Below, piece by piece: positions 60,501 through 64,000 of a stretch of DNA of 64,000 nucleotides. The stretch comes from Tubulanus polymorphus (lineage: Eukaryota; Animalia; Nemertea). The translations under genes and the position numbers were made by a program. Position 1 is the first letter of the stretch; every line of letters starts with the position of its first letter. Location: the NCBI RefSeq assembly GCF_964204645.1, contig NC_134028.1, forward strand, positions 10,602,001-10,666,000. Reading direction: 5' to 3'. Under the pieces are notes generated by a model that saw nothing but the letters and a program-made list of their open reading frames with translations, searched no databases and was not told the DNA's origin.

Positions 60501-62015
60501 AGCAGGCTGGCAGGGCATGTTAAAGTGAAAACTCATCTTAGAATATAGCCGAACCGATGGAATTTTACAATAAACCGTCAGTCAACTGATTGATGATACA
60601 ACATGGTTATTCTCAGCGTACTAAATAATGATATTTTCCTCCAAAAAACAACTCTGGTAAAATTGAATAAAATAATCTCTTTATTGGTGATATCGCATCG
60701 TGGTTGGGTGGTACTGTTTAACGTTTGATGTTTCGTGTCATCATGAAATGGTTGTAACTTTAGTTAAGGCATTCCTGCACGATCACATAACTTACCTATA
60801 AGGTTTCAGTCATAAGTAGGCCAACCATTCCACTGCTCTAGAAATATGTATTCTGCCACTGAGAATTAATCCAAATTAATCTCATTGCTTCTGATAGGAG
60901 GTACAACAGTGATATTTAAAGACTATGATATTTATAAGCCAGGGTTACATAAGTTTATGTTTTTCTATTCAAAAGAGGCCATTCCCCATTTTTTACTGCC
61001 AATGTCAATGCGGACATATCACTATGCGATTGCTTAACCCCCTCTCATCTACCACATAACTAACGAGAAAAATGCTGTAGAATAACTTATTGGGCCAATT
61101 AATCAAAAATCCGGCGACGCTATCTTGTAGGGGATAATTGAAACATTATTTTGAGTCATTTTCAGCTGTGTTTAACGTTTAACGAGAACAGAGTTACAAT
61201 TTAAAGTTACTATGAAAATGAGAAGTCGGCACTTATTTTTTTACTACGACTTTCGATCCATTTTACTAGCATTGGCATAACGTCATAGACGTCAAACAAT
61301 GCTAAAAATACCACATTTTAAATGTTAATCATTACATATCTGGAATGCTTCACAGAATTCTTTTCTCATTGTTTCATATTTGATTGGCGAGGTTCTAAAT
61401 GGATCGCATGTTGAAAGTTTACAGTAAAAAAGACGAGTGTTGATACATGGAATTTTGTGAGTTATTTCCCGGCAAGTCTCCTGAGGAAGACTTTGACGTA
61501 ATACAACAAAGTAAAAAGAGCCTCCTGTGGACCATCTGGATTTAAATTGGGCCAATTCCTGCAGATATGTCTTGGCTAGAAAAATAAAAACAGCCAAGCT
61601 GAAAGTGTATTGAAAATTTCTTTAAAAAAAACCGATTGCCTCCACAGAAAGATGCCAAAGGACGACAGGGAATGAAATAGCTTTCTGAGGCAGAGTGAAC
61701 TATAAAAAAAACTCTAGCAGAGTGGAGTTAAATTGCCTCTAGACATAAGAAGTAAGCCTCTGGAAGGAATCTTTTGCCTTACCTGTCCAATAAATCTATA
61801 GCATCATTAAATCTTTGAGGGAAATTCTCACCAATGAAATGGTCAACCAATCTCCCAATGGCTTGCAACAGTGAACATAAATCTCTTAGAGTACAGTGCA
61901 ATCTACGACATTCACTTTCATTGTTTATCAATAACTTTCTCCTCGAATCTCCATCATTTGTTACGTAGAACTCTAATCCGATATAAGTATCGAAATATTC
62001 ACCAAATGGTTCTAA
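27364..62015 (-). CDS. XPO6: Exportin-6, 3' part (13 coding exons; 5' exons lie beyond the recognised region)
   Basis: Spliced translation follows vertebrate XPO6 as I recall it: CRRLHCTLRDL, HAQSLA, LPWPNL, QICYQS, VQMGVQFTEQ, AFGQSFLQPDI, VLLQVLVHKSHDILQEEI and DLPSFTQN...NDLRYYRLC. All introns are GT-AG with consistent phases. Confidence 0.95.
27543..27773 (-). CDS. XPO6: XPO6 exon
   Basis: VLLQVLVHKSHDILQEEIGISLYNMASVDFD. Confidence 0.95.
30550..30648 (-). CDS. XPO6: XPO6 exon
   Basis: AFGQSFLQPDISIFKQNL...KLYHR. Confidence 0.92.
31963..34131. repeat. Two direct copies of a ~650-bp repeat (31963-32640 and 33485-34131)
   Basis: Both run from AGAAAGAAATTCTAAAAATGGGCTTG to ACAAATGGCTGCTAACGCAA, with scattered differences. 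Confidence 0.85.
35885..36115. mobile_element. MITE with an internal tRNA-like A/B box
   Basis: TIR GCTCCAGTTACGG / CCGTAACTGGAGC. Internal TGGCACAGTGGG...TTCGAATCCC. Related copy at 62516-62803. Confidence 0.55.
38560..38656 (-). mobile_element. tRNA-derived SINE head within a dispersed repeat (37660-39010 ~ 59760-61310)
   Basis: Minus strand GGCCTCAGTAGCTCAGTGAG (A box)...GGGTTGGAGTCC (B box). Second copy at 60245-60335. Confidence 0.6.
39040..39720. repeat. Tandem ~145-bp repeats ending in a HINE-like terminal hairpin
   Basis: Recurrent TACCAAGTTT...ATTCATAGAAATATGG. Ends GGGAC-TTAT-GTCCC-AAGTGGCCTTAA, with a similar end at 57669-57696. Confidence 0.6.
39744..39899 (-). CDS. XPO6: XPO6 exon
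   Basis: RSSPDIK...NWRYFFK...QFIAIMQ. Confidence 0.92.
39974..40085 (-). CDS. XPO6: XPO6 exon
   Basis: FLKILELIVKEPG...FLPSII...YPIIAE. Confidence 0.92.
40159..40333 (-). CDS. XPO6: XPO6 exon
   Basis: LQVQMGVQFTEQSIQTFMNLFTREQL. Confidence 0.92.
40420..40575 (-). CDS. XPO6: XPO6 exon
   Basis: ESISGEVVKTKQICYQSIQEVVQVTLSLFP. Confidence 0.9.
40972..41161 (-). CDS. XPO6: XPO6 exon
   Basis: LANYLILPWPNLLDTEQDW. Confidence 0.9.
41588..43926. mobile_element. Non-autonomous Kolobok-type element
   Basis: TTAA TSDs (41584-41587, 43927-43930). TIR AGGGCAAATGCCATCAAAAT / ATTTTGATGGCATATGCTCT (18/20). AG...CT termini. Confidence 0.75.
41969..42530. mobile_element. PIF/Harbinger-type MITE nested in the Kolobok-type element
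   Basis: TIR GGCCATCCCAAAATAA / TTATTTTGGGATGGCC with a 3-bp TAA TSD. Confidence 0.75.
44690..45130. repeat. Tandem ~125-bp repeats (TGACCTTGACCTTTGACCT type)
   Basis: About three diverged units containing CACCAA..TTATC..ATGAGTTA..GACCTACAG.ACCC..AATCTAATCAGTTA. Confidence 0.6.
46400..46876. mobile_element. piggyBac-type MITE
   Basis: TTAA-CCCAATAGCA ... TGCTAATGGG-TTAA. Confidence 0.6.
47101..47247 (-). CDS. XPO6: XPO6 exon
   Basis: SAAHLFVSLMTLVRPPFLL. Confidence 0.9.
47323..47473 (-). CDS. XPO6: XPO6 exon
   Basis: HAQSLASLKTFTHWLTQF. Confidence 0.9.
48482..48551. repeat. (TA)n microsatellite
   Basis: Uninterrupted TA run of ~70 bp. Confidence 0.95.
51047..55694 (+). CDS. Kolobok THAP-domain DDE transposase, 12 exons, ~871 aa, apparently intact
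   Basis: Exons 51047-51535, 52252-52377, 52709-52802, 52891-52956, 53196-53406, 53527-53694, 53771-54131, 54213-54405, 54493-54750, 54860-55031, 55138-55286 and 55366-55694 are GT-AG and phase-consistent. THAP motif C-AVWGC...FP...W...CTDHF...AVPS. Catalytic region GDGRSDSPGH, MDRH, DVWH, TSSLEAYHS and ALHYNEN. Confidence 0.9.
55805..56953 (-). pseudogene. KolX / P2X7 cytoplasmic-ballast-like Cys-rich protein, 3 exons, premature TAG at codon 25
   Basis: Exons 56712-56953, 56160-56396 and 55805-55976. Motifs YQFEP, WCDCQCC..M.T.EENACC, CITCHPGF..NCL and RYVAYRQLVRWCWGFLG...RVPLPAC. TAG at 56879-56881. Confidence 0.85.
57848..59108. mobile_element. Tc1/pogo-type MITE
   Basis: TA-CCATATTTTCCGGCCAATAAG ... 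CTTATTTGCCCGGAAAATACGG-TA. Confidence 0.65.
59265..59351 (-). CDS. XPO6: XPO6 exon
   Basis: LLNIAAFSTKMKL...VLQSDFIE; AG/GT bounded, phases fit the neighbours. Confidence 0.8.
60245..60335 (-). mobile_element. tRNA-derived SINE head (second copy)
   Basis: GGCCTCGGTAGCTCAGTGAG...GGGTTCGAGTCC. Confidence 0.6.
61783..62015 (-). CDS. XPO6: XPO6 exon
   Basis: LEPFGEYF...ECRRLHCTLRDLCSLLQAIGRL...RFNDA; AG/GT bounded. Confidence 0.9.
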
Positions 62016-62515
62016 CTAGAATAGAAATAAAGCAACAATATAAAACAAGTCAATACATATTACCATATAATTTGCCACCGGTTTACCTTTCTAGTATCCA
62101 TATGAACGAAAAAATGACCAGAAAACTCTAAGGGCTCTGGGAAGCACGACACAAATTTTTATTTTGGCTGTGTTTGTAATTCTTTGTATTTCACAAAAAT
62201 ATCAGGATCATTCATTTATTACATACGCATAAAATTTGAATTTTTCAACCCCCCTCGCCCCCTGTACGCAAAATCGGCCATTTTTTTCGTATTCATAAAG
62301 CATTACCATGTGCAATTGCACTGACCCCTCCCCCTCCCCTAATGCATACATAATAAATGAATGAACCCAATATAAGGTCCCTCATATATATCGTATATAC
62401 TTGAGTAAAAGTCACAAGTACCAATAAATAGACAAATTGTATATTATTCATTATTTAACTCCCCCTGGACACAAGAACAAAGAATTGGGCGAAAACGGGA
62501 CGGTTGGCAGCTCTG

Positions 62516-62803
62516 CTGTACGGTGATCTCCACAGGTTAACCGTACGTGAGTTCCCTACAAACGCCGTACGTGAGTTCTTATAATCTACATACGCGCATG
62601 CGTGTGAAAGAAGGGGTTTGGGTTAGGCGAGGCTATTTGTTAATCAACTTTCATACACCCTGCAGTTACGTTCTGTGGCTCAGTGGGTAAATCACTGGAC
62701 TACTGCTGGAATTTTTTTTTTTCGTTAGGTTTTGATTCCCAATATTGCAAGGCAGAGGGTCAACGTTCTCGCATACGGCTAACCTGTGGAAGTCACCGTA
62801 CAG
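62516..62803. mobile_element. MITE with an internal tRNA-like box (related to 35885-36115)
   Basis: TIR CTGTACGGTGATCTCCACAGGTTA / TAACCTGTGGAAGTCACCGTACAG. Shared core CTACAT..ACGCATGCGTG..GGGTT..GGTTAGGCGAGGCT..TGTGGCTCAGTGGGTAAA. Confidence 0.6.
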
Positions 62804-62838
62804 TCACGTTTGGGTAACAAGAGCGTTTTAAGTATTAA

Positions 62839-63271
62839 CTCTTTGCCTACCAGGCCTATTTTTCAGGAAATGCTGCACTTTGCCAGGATTTCTGTGTTTT
62901 TCAGAGATTCATAAAACAAAAACTAAAAGAGATATCATCATCAAATTTGTCTTATTTTGTTCATCTGGTCTTGCTTTTTCATGTAAAATAAGCAGCATTT
63001 CTTCTAAAAGTGATAAAATCTGCAGCAATCACCATTTGCAGAAAATATTCCTGTTGAGACCCATTTCAATAGAAGAAGTCACTAACACACTGCATAGAAC
63101 GACTGATGATAGTTTGTTTAAGTAGTAAAGGCATTAAACCAACTGGTGTTGTGCGATGAATTCGCCATCTATCGTTAAAGTTAACAAACAAGTCAACCAT
63201 ACCAGTACGGTTTTGGCAGGCAAGTGATGGAAGAAATCGAACGTACCAGTAGGTTTTTGGCAGGCAAAGAG
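62839..63271. mobile_element. TTAA-targeting (piggyBac-like) MITE
   Basis: TTAA-CTCTTTGCCTACCA ... TGGCAGGCAAAGAG-TTAA. Confidence 0.65.
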
Positions 63272-64000
63272 TTAAGTGAGCACGATAAGCCTACCATGCC
63301 TACGTACTACAAACACAAATTTTTCCCTCTCGTCTACCCTACACTGATGTTACTATAACTGGAGCCATTATCACATGGATAGGATTTGGTCAGGACTAGC
63401 CTAAAGTCTAATTCAGTCCACTATTCACTATTATTAAAACAATACAGTGAAGTACTCAGACGCAGAAAGGCTAATTGATTCGAGCCATGCAATTAAATTT
63501 TACTCAGGCGTCCTATGACCTGCTGACATTAATAGTCAAACCTAGATCCAAAACATTCATCTGGTCACAGCTTGTATACCAGAAATCATTGTAGGCCTGT
63601 ACATTTTGCTGTATGAAGGTTTGGTATACCGATTTCTCCAATCTAGACTGATAAGTGTACGGTACAGCTGTATGCATTATACAATTGTACCAATGGGAAT
63701 AGGGCTTATTGATTGGGTTTATTATTTCCTGCTTTAGAATACTGAAATAAGCCCAACGTTCATTCAAATATCCAACATCGGTGAAAGTTTGATTACTGTA
63801 TACTCGTCCTGTAGGTCTTCATGTTGTATGAATATTTTGCAATTCAAATGGTGAGATGCTAATTCCGATGTCATACACACGAAGTTAAATGGTCAAGGAC
63901 AGTCAACAAGACCAAGATATCTCTCTGCGACCGATGTTGCACCATAGAAGATCCGATTCTTTCAACTCAAGCAAAGTGATTCAACACGATCGACATAACA

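Noticed and set aside
61325-61597. ORF containing LRQSL as a possible XPO6 exon
   Set aside because: It lies in the wrong order relative to the neighbouring exons, which already join in phase, and there is no further similarity.
63513-63767. 84-aa ORF as an upstream XPO6 exon or other gene
   Set aside because: No similarity to XPO6 that I can recognise and no supported splice pattern.

Overview
Eukaryotic, probably invertebrate, genomic DNA with two parts. (1) 1-24007 is a three-layer nest of mobile elements. An older Polinton/Maverick-type endogenous virus (copy A, only partly in the window) is split inside its packaging-ATPase gene by a ~2.2-kb Helentron/HINE-like element. A second, full-length sibling Polinton (copy B, 3118-19487, ~596-bp TIRs, 6-bp TSD GAGGTG) has inserted into that element. 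B carries protein-primed PolB, integrase, ATPase, probable major and minor capsid genes, several membrane proteins, an HNH nuclease and a zinc-finger gene. Several of these are disrupted, and no protease gene was recognised. Unusual features of these Polintons are self-complementary termini bearing a second internal copy of the end motif, a TAAATG start context on nearly every gene, a swapped zinc-finger gene plus inverted-iteron module, and a tandem palindrome array. (2) 27364-62015 holds the 3' 13 coding exons of host exportin-6 (XPO6, minus strand). Its introns contain many MITEs and SINE-like repeats and a 6.8-kb Kolobok transposon with an intact 12-exon THAP-DDE transposase and a convergent P2X7-ballast-like (KolX) gene carrying one premature stop. 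All calls come from manual reading; no database searches were run.
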